A stretch of 46,667 nucleotides of DNA from Candidatus Acetothermia bacterium (GTDB taxonomy: Bacteria > Bipolaricaulota > Bipolaricaulia > M55B111), in assembly GCA_046543235.1 (NCBI GenBank), contig JBKGZT010000003.1, positions 1 to 46,667 of the forward strand. Reading direction: 5' to 3'. Every line of letters begins with the position of its first letter. Within the stretch, counting starts at the first letter, position 1. The notes beneath the pieces are model-generated. The model searched no databases and was not told the origin of the DNA. It worked only from the letters and a program-made list of their open reading frames with translations. Positions 36,247-46,261 of the stretch are shown in pieces. The position numbers and the translations under genes are program-made.

Positions 36247-38187
36247 TTACTTTAAGTACTCGTCAAACCAGTCGACCATTTCTTTCAGCCTTCTAACGCG
36301 GTTTACCGGCTTTCCACCTCGGCTTAGCTCGTGGTTTTCCCCTTTGAAGAGGCAGAGCTTAGCCGGGACGTCGAAGTACTTGAGCGCCGTAAACATCTGC
36401 ATCCCTTCCCCCTCCCAGCAGCGGTAATCCTCACGTGAATGAATAAATAGCGTCGGCGTGGTGACCCGTTCGGCGTACTTTAACGGTGACTGTTCCCAGA
36501 GGGAATCATGGTCGTCCCAGGGGGTTCCGTCCTGCTGGTCCGCGACGAAGAAGTAGCCTATATCGGTGGTATTGAACTTCGAAATCCAGTTGGAGATACT
36601 ACGGCAGGAAACCGCCGCCCCAAACCTTTCCGTGTGGCCGATGATCCAGTTCGTCATGAATCCTCCGTACGAACCCCCCGTTACCCCCAGTCTATCTTCG
36701 TCGATAAAAGGATACTCTTCCAGAGCCCGGTCCATTACCGCCATTAGATCCCTGTAGTCGTCCTCCCCGTATTCACCACGAATGTCCGCGAAACCGTCGC
36801 CCTTGCCGTCGCTTCCTTTGGGGTTGGAGTAGACGACCACGTAGCCGTTATTTGCCAGCAACTGGAGTTCGTGAAAGTAAACGTCGCCAAAGGCGGCTTT
36901 TGGCCCTCCGTGCACTTCCAGGATTCCGGGATAAGAATCCTCGGGGTCGAAGCCCGGAGGAGTAAGAACCCAGGAGTTGATCTCCCGCCCATCCCTTTCG
37001 ACGGTAAACCCTTCCGGCCTGGTCAGCGTTTCCTCCGGAACTACTCCCTCGTTAAAACCGGTCAGTTTCTCCTCACTGCCTTCTTCCGAGAGGGTATATA
37101 ATTCCTGCGGGCTATTCGGTGTCAACTTCACAAAGACCTCCCGGTCCGACCCCGCGTCGAAATCGTCCACGGAACCACCATCCCCGCTCAGGAGGTTTAC
37201 TTCGCCTGACTCCCGGGCTTCAGCCAGATAAGAAATCCCTTCCCGGGTAGATAGAAAGTAAAAGCCGTCTTTACTGCTCTTGCTGTTTTGTCCCTTTCCC
37301 AGCCTGACGTCCGTCAGTATCCTGTTGGAGAAGGAATCCTTCCAGTTCTCGGTGAGCCGAACGAAGTCGCCGTTCACGGGATCGAGCTCGTAAAGGCTCT
37401 GGTTTTCATTTAACCCTGTTTCTTCCATATCAGTATAGGTGAGAAACAGTCTACGGTCTCCGGCGAACTCCACGAGCCAGAACCTCCCTCCTTTATCCGT
37501 CAACTGACGCGGTTTGGAAGAATCGTCCTTTAAGGAAGCCAGATATACCTCGTTGGTTACGGGGGCCTTGTTCTCGTACCTTCGGCCGACGAAAGCCAGC
37601 TGATCACTCTGAACGGCGAACTCCTCGACGTCCATGTATCCGGTGGTCAGTTCATTGACCTCCGAGTCCTCGTTTAGGCCTCTGGAGAAAAGATGGCTCC
37701 TTTTCTTACTCGTAAATCCCTTTCCGTTGGCCCAAAAAGGGATCTCATCAAGGATCAGACATTCGCCCTCCTCCTCTTCGTCTCCCTCTACATCAACAAG
37801 GGCCCGGTATACTATCTTTCCCCCTTCCACCTGGAAGGAATCGACTTTATGTGGAACGGAAAAGGCCTCCACCGCCTCTCCTCCGGTCAAGTCTATTCTG
37901 TAAAAATCCGTCTTCTCTTCTTCCTCTTCTCCTTCATCACTTCCCCTACCCGAAGTAAAGAGTAGCTCCCGGCGATTCAGCCATACGAAACTACCGTCCT
38001 CACCGGAGGTCGTAATCCGTGTGGAGATCTCGTTTTCGAAATCGTAAAGCCAGATGTTTGAATCGTACTCTTCTCCTTCCTCTCCAACCCCACGAACAAC
38101 GAACCCAACGAGCTTTTCGTCCGGCGAGAGCTTTGGCTCGGAAAGGAAGTTAAAGTCGAAAAAAGCGTCAACGTCGAGGTTTGTCAT
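36247..38187 (-). CDS. S9 family peptidase (acylaminoacyl/dipeptidyl peptidase-like)
   Basis: HGGP, GGSYGG, EDYRC, ENHEL and an N-terminal propeller-like region; ATG at 38187 has a GAGGAGG SD. Confidence 0.93.
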   Translation of the reverse strand: MTNLDVDAFFDFNFLSEPKLSPDEKLVGFVVRGVGEEGEEYDSNIWLYDFENEISTRITTSGEDGSFVWLNRRELLFTSGRGSDEGEEEEEKTDFYRIDLTGGEAVEAFSVPHKVDSFQVEGGKIVYRALVDVEGDEEEEGECLILDEIPFWANGKGFTSKKRSHLFSRGLNEDSEVNELTTGYMDVEEFAVQSDQLAFVGRRYENKAPVTNEVYLASLKDDSSKPRQLTDKGGRFWLVEFAGDRRLFLTYTDMEETGLNENQSLYELDPVNGDFVRLTENWKDSFSNRILTDVRLGKGQNSKSSKDGFYFLSTREGISYLAEARESGEVNLLSGDGGSVDDFDAGSDREVFVKLTPNSPQELYTLSEEGSEEKLTGFNEGVVPEETLTRPEGFTVERDGREINSWVLTPPGFDPEDSYPGILEVHGGPKAAFGDVYFHELQLLANNGYVVVYSNPKGSDGKGDGFADIRGEYGEDDYRDLMAVMDRALEEYPFIDEDRLGVTGGSYGGFMTNWIIGHTERFGAAVSCRSISNWISKFNTTDIGYFFVADQQDGTPWDDHDSLWEQSPLKYAERVTTPTLFIHSREDYRCWEGEGMQMFTALKYFDVPAKLCLFKGENHELSRGGKPVNRVRRLKEMVDWFDEYLK

Positions 38188-38397
38188 TTTACCTCCTCTA
38201 AACTTAGAAAAGTTCGGTTTCACGAACCCCATTTTACCGAAGGAGGCTTGAAAGACAAGTAAAGCGCCCCGCCAATTTCTCGGAAGGCACCGCCAGAGCC
38301 TATTTCGGAAAGAAACTATTGTGGCCGAACTGTGGCGATATTTTCGGGAAGTCAGAGGCTCCCGGAGTTCGGGGTAACGGTTATCTGTGGAACATTT

Positions 38398-38781
38398 CTA
38401 GACGCGCTTAAATTCCAGACCCAGCTTCCGGCCGACCGGTTCTTCCAGGTCCGGCACCAGAACCCGGTCACCGCGAAGGATAAGTTCGTCGTTCTCGTAA
38501 TAAACCAATCGGAACTTACCTTCCGGGGTTTCCACGTCCAGACTGAGGTCTATATAGTCCTCCATGACGTCGGGATCGTTCAGGACTATTTCCGGATCGT
38601 CGAACTCCCGCTTGATCCATGGTTTAAGGCCCTTCAGGTCGTCCTCGACGTCCCCGGCGTCTTCCACCTTGTAGAAAACGTCGTATTCGTCAGGGGTCGC
38701 GCTTTGCTCCTCCAGGTCTTCGGAGATCGACCTGAACCAGAACGCGTTTTTGAAAGACCGGAACAGGCTCTTTAATCCCAT
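38398..38781 (-). CDS. Hypothetical acidic protein
   Basis: Starts 2 nt after the asnS stop on the same strand, with composition like its neighbours; family not recognised. Confidence 0.75.
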   Translation of the reverse strand: MGLKSLFRSFKNAFWFRSISEDLEEQSATPDEYDVFYKVEDAGDVEDDLKGLKPWIKREFDDPEIVLNDPDVMEDYIDLSLDVETPEGKFRLVYYENDELILRGDRVLVPDLEEPVGRKLGLEFKRV

Positions 38782-38783
38782 AA

Positions 38784-40082
38784 TTATGGATAAATCCTGT
38801 TTATCTGACGGGGAAACGGTATGGTTTCCCTTACGTGGTCAGAGCCACAAATCCAGGCGATCGTCCTCTCTACGCCGAGTCCGAAGCCGGAATGAGGAAC
38901 AGATCCGTAACGACGCAGGTCCAGATACCACTGATATGGTTTTTTCGGGAGCCCTTCCTCTTCAAACCTTTCTTCCAATAGCTCGAGATCGTCTATCCTC
39001 TGGCTCCCACCTATTATTTCACCGTATCCGTCCGGGGCTATCAGGTCGGCGGCGTAGACCCGTTCGCCGTCCGGCATTGGCTCCATGTAGAAGGGTTTTA
39101 GTTCTTTCGGGAAAGCTTCTATAAATACCGGTTTCTGAAAGTGGTCCCCCAGGGCGGTTTCAGCCGGAGCACCAAAGTCCTCCCCTTCTTCCATCTCCAC
39201 GCCAGCTTCGTTAACGATCTCTACTGCTTCGGAGTAAGTAATTCTGGGGAAAGGCCTTTCGACTTTTTCCGAAAGTTCCTCGGTATCGACGTCCAGCCTC
39301 TCCAGTTCTTCCTTCCTATTCTCCGCGACCCGATTCACCACGTAGTTTACCATTTCCTCCTGGAAATCCAGGTTCCTTTCGTGTTCAACCCAGCTAAGTT
39401 CTGCTTCGGCCATCCAGAATTCCGTCAGGTGTTTCCTGGTCTTCGATTTTTCCGCCCTGAAGACGGGCCCGACCCAGTATACTTCACCAAGCGCCGCAGC
39501 CGTCGCCTCCAGGTAAAGCTGGGAGCTCTGCGTCAGGTAGGCGTTCTCGCCAAAGTAATCCGTCTCGAATAGGGTGGTAGTTCCCTCAACCGAAACCCCC
39601 GTAAGAATTGGACCCTCCGTCGCTATCAACCCGGCTCGATCAAAGAAATCCCTAATTGCCTGGAGGGTTTCATGCCTTATTCTGAGGACGGGCGCTGCCC
39701 CCCTAGCTCTGATCCAGAGATGGCGGTTGTCCATGAGAAACCCAGGCCCGTGCTCCTTTGGAGTAATGGGGAAATTCTCCTCGACTGAATGCTGAACCTC
39801 CACGTCCGAGATTTCCAGCTCGTAACCAATAGGGGCCCGTTCGTCCTGCTTAACCCGTCCCTCCACCTTCACGGAAGACTCTCTTTTCAGGTCCGCGACG
39901 GTTTCAAATAACTCGGAATCTACTTCGTCCTCCTTTAGCACCCCCTGAATGATGCCCGTCCCGTCCCTGATCTGGACGAACTGAATTCCACCACTCGACC
40001 TCCTGTTGTAAAGCCACCCTTTCAACAGAACTTCCTGATCCTGGTACTGATCGACTTCTCCGATCGAGATCGATTCCATCAT
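38784..40082 (-). CDS. asnS: Asparagine--tRNA ligase
   Basis: N-terminal OB fold, YLTQSSQLYLE, FRAEKSKTRKHLTEFWM, WYLDLRRYGSVPHSGFGLGVER. Confidence 0.95.
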   Translation of the reverse strand: MMESISIGEVDQYQDQEVLLKGWLYNRRSSGGIQFVQIRDGTGIIQGVLKEDEVDSELFETVADLKRESSVKVEGRVKQDERAPIGYELEISDVEVQHSVEENFPITPKEHGPGFLMDNRHLWIRARGAAPVLRIRHETLQAIRDFFDRAGLIATEGPILTGVSVEGTTTLFETDYFGENAYLTQSSQLYLEATAAALGEVYWVGPVFRAEKSKTRKHLTEFWMAEAELSWVEHERNLDFQEEMVNYVVNRVAENRKEELERLDVDTEELSEKVERPFPRITYSEAVEIVNEAGVEMEEGEDFGAPAETALGDHFQKPVFIEAFPKELKPFYMEPMPDGERVYAADLIAPDGYGEIIGGSQRIDDLELLEERFEEEGLPKKPYQWYLDLRRYGSVPHSGFGLGVERTIAWICGSDHVRETIPFPRQINRIYP

Positions 40083-40091
40083 ACTCCCACC

Positions 40092-40865
40092 CTATTTTTG
40101 TAATCGTTGCAGCAGTTCATCGTGGATTTTTCCGTTGCTGGCGACTATTCCTTCCGATTCGTAAAGGTCGTATTCCTCGCCGTCAAAATCCGTAACCGTA
40201 CCCCCGGATTCCTCAACTATCAAGCTCCCCGCCGCCACGTCCCAGGGCGAAAGTCCGAGCTCCCAGAACCCGTCGAACCTCCCCGCCGCCACGAAGGAAA
40301 GATCCATTGCCGCAGCGCCGTCGCGCCTGATCCCTCTTGCCTCCCTAACCAACCGAGAGAAAGCCTCAAGTGCCGCCGGAACCATTTCTTCGTCGTATGG
40401 GAAGCCTGTAGATAACAGGGACCTGGAGAAATCTACCGTGTCGGAGACGTTTATCCTCTCGCCGTTAAGCCAGGCGCCCTCGTCCCTTATGGCGGTGAAA
40501 GTCTCGTTTATAACGGGTACATGGACGACACCAACCGAGAGGTGGCCTTCTCGTTCCACGGCGATAGATACGCAAAATAACGGATAGTTGTAGATATAGT
40601 TTGTCGTACCGTCGAGGGGATCGACGATCCACTTCGTAGCGTTACCCTCCAAGTCGTACTCCTCTTCGGCTAGAATCGCGTGGGCCGGGTACTTCTCTCG
40701 AATTCTTTCCGAAATTAAGTCCTGGGCGGCGTGATCAAACTGGGTCACCAGGTCCGTGGGACCTGACTTCTGAGAGATATCTCGGGTCTCACCTAAACCG
40801 TCAATTAAGAGTTCTCCGGCGTCCTTCGCGGCAGAGATGGCCAACTTTAGTAGTTCCCGGCTCAT
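40092..40865 (-). CDS. suhB: Inositol monophosphatase family protein
   Basis: DLVT, EE, WIVDPLDGTTNY, RRDGAAAMDL, PWDVAAG. Confidence 0.9.
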   Translation of the reverse strand: MSRELLKLAISAAKDAGELLIDGLGETRDISQKSGPTDLVTQFDHAAQDLISERIREKYPAHAILAEEEYDLEGNATKWIVDPLDGTTNYIYNYPLFCVSIAVEREGHLSVGVVHVPVINETFTAIRDEGAWLNGERINVSDTVDFSRSLLSTGFPYDEEMVPAALEAFSRLVREARGIRRDGAAAMDLSFVAAGRFDGFWELGLSPWDVAAGSLIVEESGGTVTDFDGEEYDLYESEGIVASNGKIHDELLQRLQK

Positions 40866-40869
40866 GGAG

Positions 40870-41514
40870 TTAGATCTTTTCCTCCATGATCGCTACTATA
40901 TCTTCCGACTTCTCTATCGCTTCCGAGCTCAACTCGTTCCTCCTGGCGGTCTTTTCCTCCACGAAATCCTTGTCGGAAATGGACGAAAGGTTTATATCCA
41001 CGTTCAACAGAGAGGTTCTGACTGTCGCCTCCGCCAAAATGGCCGAAGCACCTGCGTCCGTCACCGCATGCTGGTTCCCATCGACGGAGCACTTTTTAGC
41101 CAGATCAAGTACCTCAAGGGCCAGTTCCGCCATCTTGAAAGGGGGTTCCGTGGCCCCCTTGAGAGCCTCCTGGATGGCTTCTTTTCGCTGCTGTTCTTCC
41201 TCGGCCGTATCCCGGGGGGCTCCGTACGCGTCCATCACCCTGTTATAGGCCTCTATATCCTCCTCTATCGAATCCAGGAATTCCTCCCTGAGGGTCTCAG
41301 CTTCATCCAGAAGCGCTTCAAATTCTTCTTCGACGTCCTGGTATTTTTCCTTACCCAGGGTGAGATTGGCAACCATCGACGAAAGTGCGGCCGAAAGCGC
41401 GCCTGCCACTGCAGCGGCTGAGCCGCCGCCCGGAGCAGGTTTGCTGGACGCGAGGTCAGTTAGAAAACCAGCGATCTCCTGACTTCTCGGCTCTAGGTCA
41501 TCGGATTCGGACAT
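40870..41514 (-). CDS. Cyclodeaminase/cyclohydrolase family protein (FTCD C-terminal; FchA-like)
   Basis: LAS..PAPGGGSAAA, MVANLT.GK, GN..A.TD, NVDINL. Confidence 0.9.
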   Translation of the reverse strand: MSESDDLEPRSQEIAGFLTDLASSKPAPGGGSAAAVAGALSAALSSMVANLTLGKEKYQDVEEEFEALLDEAETLREEFLDSIEEDIEAYNRVMDAYGAPRDTAEEEQQRKEAIQEALKGATEPPFKMAELALEVLDLAKKCSVDGNQHAVTDAGASAILAEATVRTSLLNVDINLSSISDKDFVEEKTARRNELSSEAIEKSEDIVAIMEEKI

Positions 41515-41520
41515 AAAATA

Positions 41521-42006
41521 TTAATCCTCCCTTGACCAGTAAACTCTAACTCTTCTCCCACTGTCTCCCGATTTGATCTCGAGGTTACCATCGTGGGCCC
41601 GGGCAATAGATTTGCCTATTCTCCTTGCGAGGTGTTCGTTCGTGGTCGCCACTTCCAGGGTATCGGGGTCTTCCTCGGTCCACATAATCTGTTGTAGAGG
41701 TCTCTCCTCCCTGGCGCGCTCTTCGCTGTTTTTGGCGATGTTCAGAATCTCCTGACGGTGTTCTTCGAAGTAATTTCCCGAAAGATAGACAAGCCCTTCC
41801 GGGTTTCTATCCCTTTTCCTCCGGCAGGCCGGACACAGGGCTTCATGTGCGTCCTCTTTGGAGGGGTCGGTCGATTCATCAACCCAGCGTCCCTGGTGAT
41901 AGATCAAACCACAGTTGGAGCAAAAGGTAGGTTCTTTGTACTTCTTCCCCTCGTAATAAGGGTTCTTCGATTCGTGGCCCACGTCACCCCGACGTTCCTC
42001 TCCCAA
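41521..42006 (-). CDS. BCAM0308 family protein
   Basis: PY....Y.EPT.C..CG, CPACRR, HLARRIG, RV.W. TTG at 42006 has a GAGGTG SD (ORF track start is 42045). Confidence 0.8.
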   Translation of the reverse strand: MGEERRGDVGHESKNPYYEGKKYKEPTFCSNCGLIYHQGRWVDESTDPSKEDAHEALCPACRRKRDRNPEGLVYLSGNYFEEHRQEILNIAKNSEERAREERPLQQIMWTEEDPDTLEVATTNEHLARRIGKSIARAHDGNLEIKSGDSGRRVRVYWSRED

Positions 42007-42174
42007 TCTGATCACCTCTCCGACCAATTTTTCAAGGACTCTCAACTAATGGCAGTTAAAACCTAAAGGCAGGACCAGCCTGGCATTTAAGAAGAACTCC
42101 ACTTGTTATAACGACCCCGAAACCCTCAGCATGGTCGAGAACAATGCAATTCTCAAAAAGTGGGAACTAAACCT

Positions 42175-42420
42175 TTATTCCTCTTCTTCCAGGAGATCCT
42201 CAAGGTAATCTATTGAATCCCCGACGGTAGTCAGATCCTCGGCGTCCTCATCGGGGATTTCAATTCCAAACTCATCCTCGAATTCCATTATCATCTCTAC
42301 CGTGTCAAGAGAATCCGCACCTAAATCCTCCACATAAGAAGCATCCAGGGTAAGCTCTTCCTCGTCCACCATTAATTGCCGACTGATTATCTCTTTGACC
42401 TGTGATTCGAGGTCTTCCAT
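42175..42420 (-). CDS. acpP: Acyl carrier protein
   Basis: [11 protein letters not shown] phosphopantetheine site. Confidence 0.98.
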   Translation of the reverse strand: MEDLESQVKEIISRQLMVDEEELTLDASYVEDLGADSLDTVEMIMEFEDEFGIEIPDEDAEDLTTVGDSIDYLEDLLEEEE

Positions 42421-42468
42421 AGAAATACCTCCTAATTTATTATAAGTTCAAGTTTAGCGATGCAAAGT

Positions 42469-43197
42469 CTAGCCAAATGATAAACCACCGTCAACCCTGA
42501 GCACCGTTCCTGTAATATAGCTGGCCTGGTCGCTCAACAGATATAGCACGGGGTGGGCTATCTCCTCCGGACTGGCAAACCTCTCCAAAATGACGTTCTT
42601 CATGTAGGAGTCCCGGGATTCCTCGGGAATATCTTCCGTAAGGGCAGTGTCCACGAAGCCTGGAGCAACGACGTTGGCTCGAAGATCCCTTTTCCCGTAT
42701 TCCTGGGCCAGGGATTTCGTGAAACCGATAATTCCCGCCTTCGAGGCAGCATAATTTGCCTGACCTGCGTTACCCAGCAAACCGGAAACCGAGGATATGT
42801 TAACTATGCTGCCCCCATCTCCCTTTATCATGTAACGCAGTACGGCTCTGGTGCAGTTAAAAACGCCATTAAGGTTTACGTCCAATACCTCGTTCCATTC
42901 TTCTTCTGACATTCGGACCAGCAGGTTATCGCTCGTAAATCCGGCGTTATTTACAAGGTAATCTATCCTTCCGTGGTCATCTAAGACCCTATTTATGGAT
43001 TTTTTAACTCCATCCGGGTCCGTTACGTCGGTTTCGATAAAGGAACACTTCTCTCCGAGGCGCACGGCCGTCTCTTTACCCCGGCTTCGAGAAAATATTT
43101 TCGTCTCAACTCCGTTTTCAACCAGACCCTCCGATATCTTTTCCCCGATACCGCTTCCACCGCCGGTAACGATTCCGACCTCCCCCGAAAGTTCCAA
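42469..43197 (-). CDS. fabG: 3-oxoacyl-ACP reductase
   Basis: TGGGSGIG, NNAG, GNAGQANYAASK; in the fab cluster. Confidence 0.95.
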   Translation of the reverse strand: MELSGEVGIVTGGGSGIGEKISEGLVENGVETKIFSRSRGKETAVRLGEKCSFIETDVTDPDGVKKSINRVLDDHGRIDYLVNNAGFTSDNLLVRMSEEEWNEVLDVNLNGVFNCTRAVLRYMIKGDGGSIVNISSVSGLLGNAGQANYAASKAGIIGFTKSLAQEYGKRDLRANVVAPGFVDTALTEDIPEESRDSYMKNVILERFASPEEIAHPVLYLLSDQASYITGTVLRVDGGLSFG

Positions 43198-43198
43198 A

Positions 43199-44083
43199 TT
43201 AAATCACCTCGTCAAATTCCAGGCTCTGCATCTCGGGCAATATCCTTCCCGTTAACCGGGTAAGCGTAGCGTCAGGCCCCACTTCAATCGTCTTCCCTAT
43301 TCCCGTCTTCCCCAGGAGACGGATATAATCTACCCATTTCACCGGCTGGGTCATTTGTCTGCTCAATAGCTCTTTAAGCCTGTTTCCGTCTTCCTCAAAC
43401 GACCCGGAAACTCCCGATAGAACGGGGAACTCCGGGTCGGAAAAACTAAACCCTCTTATATAGTTCTTCAACTCCCTCTCTGCCTCCTTCATAAAAGAGG
43501 AGTGAAACGGACCCGTAACGTCTAGCTTTATGCACTTTGCCCCTTCCTTGCTCAGTTTATCACAGCTTTCCTCCAGTTCCTCTTCCCTCCCCGAGATCAC
43601 GACCTGCCTAGGTGAATTGTGGTTTGCCACCGTAACCGAATCGTTCATCTCCTCGATCACCCCTTCTACCTCCGTGTAACTTGCCCCCATTACGGCTACC
43701 ATGGAACCCTCGACGTCTACGTTGCTCGTCAGCTCTCCCCGCTTTTTTACTATTCTCAACCCATCTTCGAAGGTCAGGCATCCTGCCGCTGCCAGAGCGG
43801 AGAACTCTCCCAAGCTGTGCCCAAGAACGCAGTCCGGCTCTTGGCCTTCGTCCCTCAGGATTCTATAGCGGGCAAGGCTATCCGTAAAAATCGCCGGCTG
43901 GGCATTCCGAGTACTGTCCAGTTCAGCGGATGGTCCGTTCAACATCAGCTCGCTGATGTCCTTATCCAGCACCTCGTTCGCCTTCTCGTAAAGGGTGACG
44001 ACCCTAGGATCCTCGCGTATCTCCTCCCCCATTCCGACGAATTGAGATCCCTGTCCCGGAAATAGAAATGCTATTTCACCCAT
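43199..44083 (-). CDS. fabD: Malonyl-CoA:ACP transacylase
   Basis: FLFPGQGSQ, GHSLGE, FHS; ATG at 44083. Confidence 0.96.
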   Translation of the reverse strand: MGEIAFLFPGQGSQFVGMGEEIREDPRVVTLYEKANEVLDKDISELMLNGPSAELDSTRNAQPAIFTDSLARYRILRDEGQEPDCVLGHSLGEFSALAAAGCLTFEDGLRIVKKRGELTSNVDVEGSMVAVMGASYTEVEGVIEEMNDSVTVANHNSPRQVVISGREEELEESCDKLSKEGAKCIKLDVTGPFHSSFMKEAERELKNYIRGFSFSDPEFPVLSGVSGSFEEDGNRLKELLSRQMTQPVKWVDYIRLLGKTGIGKTIEVGPDATLTRLTGRILPEMQSLEFDEVI

Positions 44084-44088
44084 GTAGC

Positions 44089-45093
44089 TCACCACTCGAC
44101 CAGCGTAGCCCCATACGCCGCACCGGCACCAAAAGCAGTCATGAGTACTACGTCACCTTTCTCTACTTCCCCCTTCTCGAGGTATTCTTTAAAAGCAAGC
44201 GGAATGGTTGCCGTAGATGTATTGGCGTATTCTTCCAGGTTGACGGCAATTTTCTCCATCCCAATCCCGAGACTCTTTGCGAGCTGTTTTATAATCCTTA
44301 TGTTGGCCTGGTGGGGTACTATTAGATCCACGTCGGAGAGCTGGAGCCCGGCCTCATCGAGTACGTCGTGAGAGGACTTCTTCATCATGTTAACCGCGCT
44401 CTTAAAAACCCCTTTGCCCTCCATCGCGACGTAATACCTCTCGTCGTCGGGGTTTCCTTCCGCCGGAGGGTTTCTGGTACCGCCTCCCTCGAGGTTGATC
44501 AATTTCGCCTTTGAAGGATCCCCGTACATGGAAGAGGCAAGGACCGTTCCCGTCGAACCGGAAGAGCTGACAACGGCCGCCCCAGCTCCGTCCCCAAACA
44601 GGACACAGGTACTTCTGTCTTCCCAGTTTACTATCCTTGAGAGGGCTTCCAGCCCAACTATCAGGATTTCTTCGTACCGGGGTCCGAGGATCAGGTTGGA
44701 AGCTACGTCCAGAGCGTAAAGAAAGCCGCTGCAGCCTGCTTTTAGGTCGAAAAAGGGTATATCGCTGGATATTCCGAGCTCTTGGGTAATAAAAGGTGAA
44801 GATCCGGGTATTGGCATGTCGGATACGTTGGTAGCCGTGATCACGAGATCCACTTCGTCCGGTCCTATTGACGAATTTCGAATGGCCTCTTTCGCGGCAG
44901 TCACGCCGAGCGAAGAGGGATTTTCGCCTTCTTCAAGGACGTGACGTCTCTTTATTCCGGTCCTGCTCGTGATCCACTCGTCGGAGGTATCGACCATGCG
45001 CTCGAGGTCCTCGTTTGTCAGTACCTTCTCGGGTACCCCAGCACCCAAACCAGTTATATTTGCTCTGTCCGCCCGGTCGTAATCATCGGTCAC
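44089..45093 (-). CDS. fabH: Beta-ketoacyl-ACP synthase III
   Basis: DTSDEWI..RTGI, AGCSGF, LFGDGAGA, PHQAN, NTS; start is GTG 45093 or TTG 45102. Confidence 0.96.
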   Translation of the reverse strand: MTDDYDRADRANITGLGAGVPEKVLTNEDLERMVDTSDEWITSRTGIKRRHVLEEGENPSSLGVTAAKEAIRNSSIGPDEVDLVITATNVSDMPIPGSSPFITQELGISSDIPFFDLKAGCSGFLYALDVASNLILGPRYEEILIVGLEALSRIVNWEDRSTCVLFGDGAGAAVVSSSGSTGTVLASSMYGDPSKAKLINLEGGGTRNPPAEGNPDDERYYVAMEGKGVFKSAVNMMKKSSHDVLDEAGLQLSDVDLIVPHQANIRIIKQLAKSLGIGMEKIAVNLEEYANTSTATIPLAFKEYLEKGEVEKGDVVLMTAFGAGAAYGATLVEW

Positions 45094-46105
45094 TGAAATC
45101 AATCCTCTTTATTGCGTCTTCTATTTTTCCCGGCAGATCCCAGCGCGATGCCTCCCCTGCGTTTAAAATTGCATTCTTTATTGCCCGCTCACCCGATCTC
45201 CCGTGGGCGACGTAAACAACGCCGTTTACTCCAAGCAGAGGTACCGCGCCGAATCGGGAATAACTCAGCTGTTTTTTCAGCCCCTTCAGGGTTGGTTTCA
45301 GAACCAGGCCACCAAACCTATTACGGAAACCAGAAGATATCGCCTTCCTGAAAAACCCCATGGTAGCGTCAACTGCACCTTCAAAAGATTTAATTAAAAT
45401 ATTGCCGACGAAACCCTCGCATATCACCACGTCCGCAGGAGGATCCGTCAACAACAGGTGGGGCTCAACGTTCCCAGCGTAGGAGAGATCGCTATTCTTT
45501 ATCAGAGAAACGGCTTTCTTGGTGAGTTTATTCCCTTTGCTCTGCTCTTCTCCTATATTGAGGACACCTACGTCGGCGTTTTCCTTGCCTTTTACTATTT
45601 CGGCAAGTATCTTTCCCATTACTCCAAACTGGGCCAGGTTCTTGGGACTCGCGTCGGTAGTGGCGCCGATATCTATCAGAACGACGTCCCCGCTGTCGAC
45701 CGTGGGAGCAACTCCCGCAAGTCCCGGCCGTTCCACGCCTTGGATCCTGCCGAGGTTGAACAGAGCAGCCGCAACAACGGCTCCGGTATTTCCCGAAGAA
45801 ACAAATATCTCCCCGTCGTCTTTCAGGGCCCTAATACCCCTTACCAGGGAAGAATCCGGATTACTCCGAGCGGCCTTTGCGGGGGTATCCTCCATCGAAA
45901 TGGTGGTTGGGGCGTGAAGGAAGGAAATCCTTTCGCGGTTTTCTGCCGGCTTGAAATCCTCCAGCAATTCCCTATTTACCTCTTCCTTGCCCACCAGGGT
46001 AATTGTCAGTTGATCGTCGCCGGTCTCCTGCAGGGCACGGACCGCACCTTTGATAATTTCGCCGGGCGGCACGTCCCCACTCATCGTATCCAGCAAGACT
46101 TTCAT
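45083..46105 (-). CDS. plsX: Phosphate acyltransferase PlsX
   Basis: D.M.GD, SSGNTGA, LNIGEE..KG, GFVGN, AHGRS; upstream of fabH. Confidence 0.95.
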   Translation of the reverse strand: MKVLLDTMSGDVPPGEIIKGAVRALQETGDDQLTITLVGKEEVNRELLEDFKPAENRERISFLHAPTTISMEDTPAKAARSNPDSSLVRGIRALKDDGEIFVSSGNTGAVVAAALFNLGRIQGVERPGLAGVAPTVDSGDVVLIDIGATTDASPKNLAQFGVMGKILAEIVKGKENADVGVLNIGEEQSKGNKLTKKAVSLIKNSDLSYAGNVEPHLLLTDPPADVVICEGFVGNILIKSFEGAVDATMGFFRKAISSGFRNRFGGLVLKPTLKGLKKQLSYSRFGAVPLLGVNGVVYVAHGRSGERAIKNAILNAGEASRWDLPGKIEDAIKRIDFSDR

Positions 46106-46135
46106 GTTGGTAAGAATAATTCCCTATAAAAAAAT

Positions 46136-46226
46136 TGGTGCCGAGGGCGGGACTTGAACCCGCACGGACGATAAAATGTCCACATGGCCCTCAACCATGC
46201 GCGTCTGCCAATTCCGCCACCTCGGC
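46136..46226 (-). tRNA. tRNA-Leu(GAG)
   Basis: GCCGAGG acceptor stem, GGAATTGGCAGAC D-arm, CATGG-TTGAGGG-CCATG anticodon arm, long variable arm, GTTCAAGT T-loop and an encoded CCA. Confidence 0.97.
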
Positions 46227-46261
46227 CAATACCTTCAGAAAAACTACCACTATGCAGGGGA

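Noticed and set aside
38270-38380. Short TTTCGG(G)AA-like repeats in the intergenic gap
   Set aside because: They are too short and irregularly spaced to support a CRISPR, iteron or operator array.
46100-46230. tRNA-targeted integrative element
   Set aside because: No integrase is present, no duplicated tRNA 3' end was seen, and plsX follows immediately.
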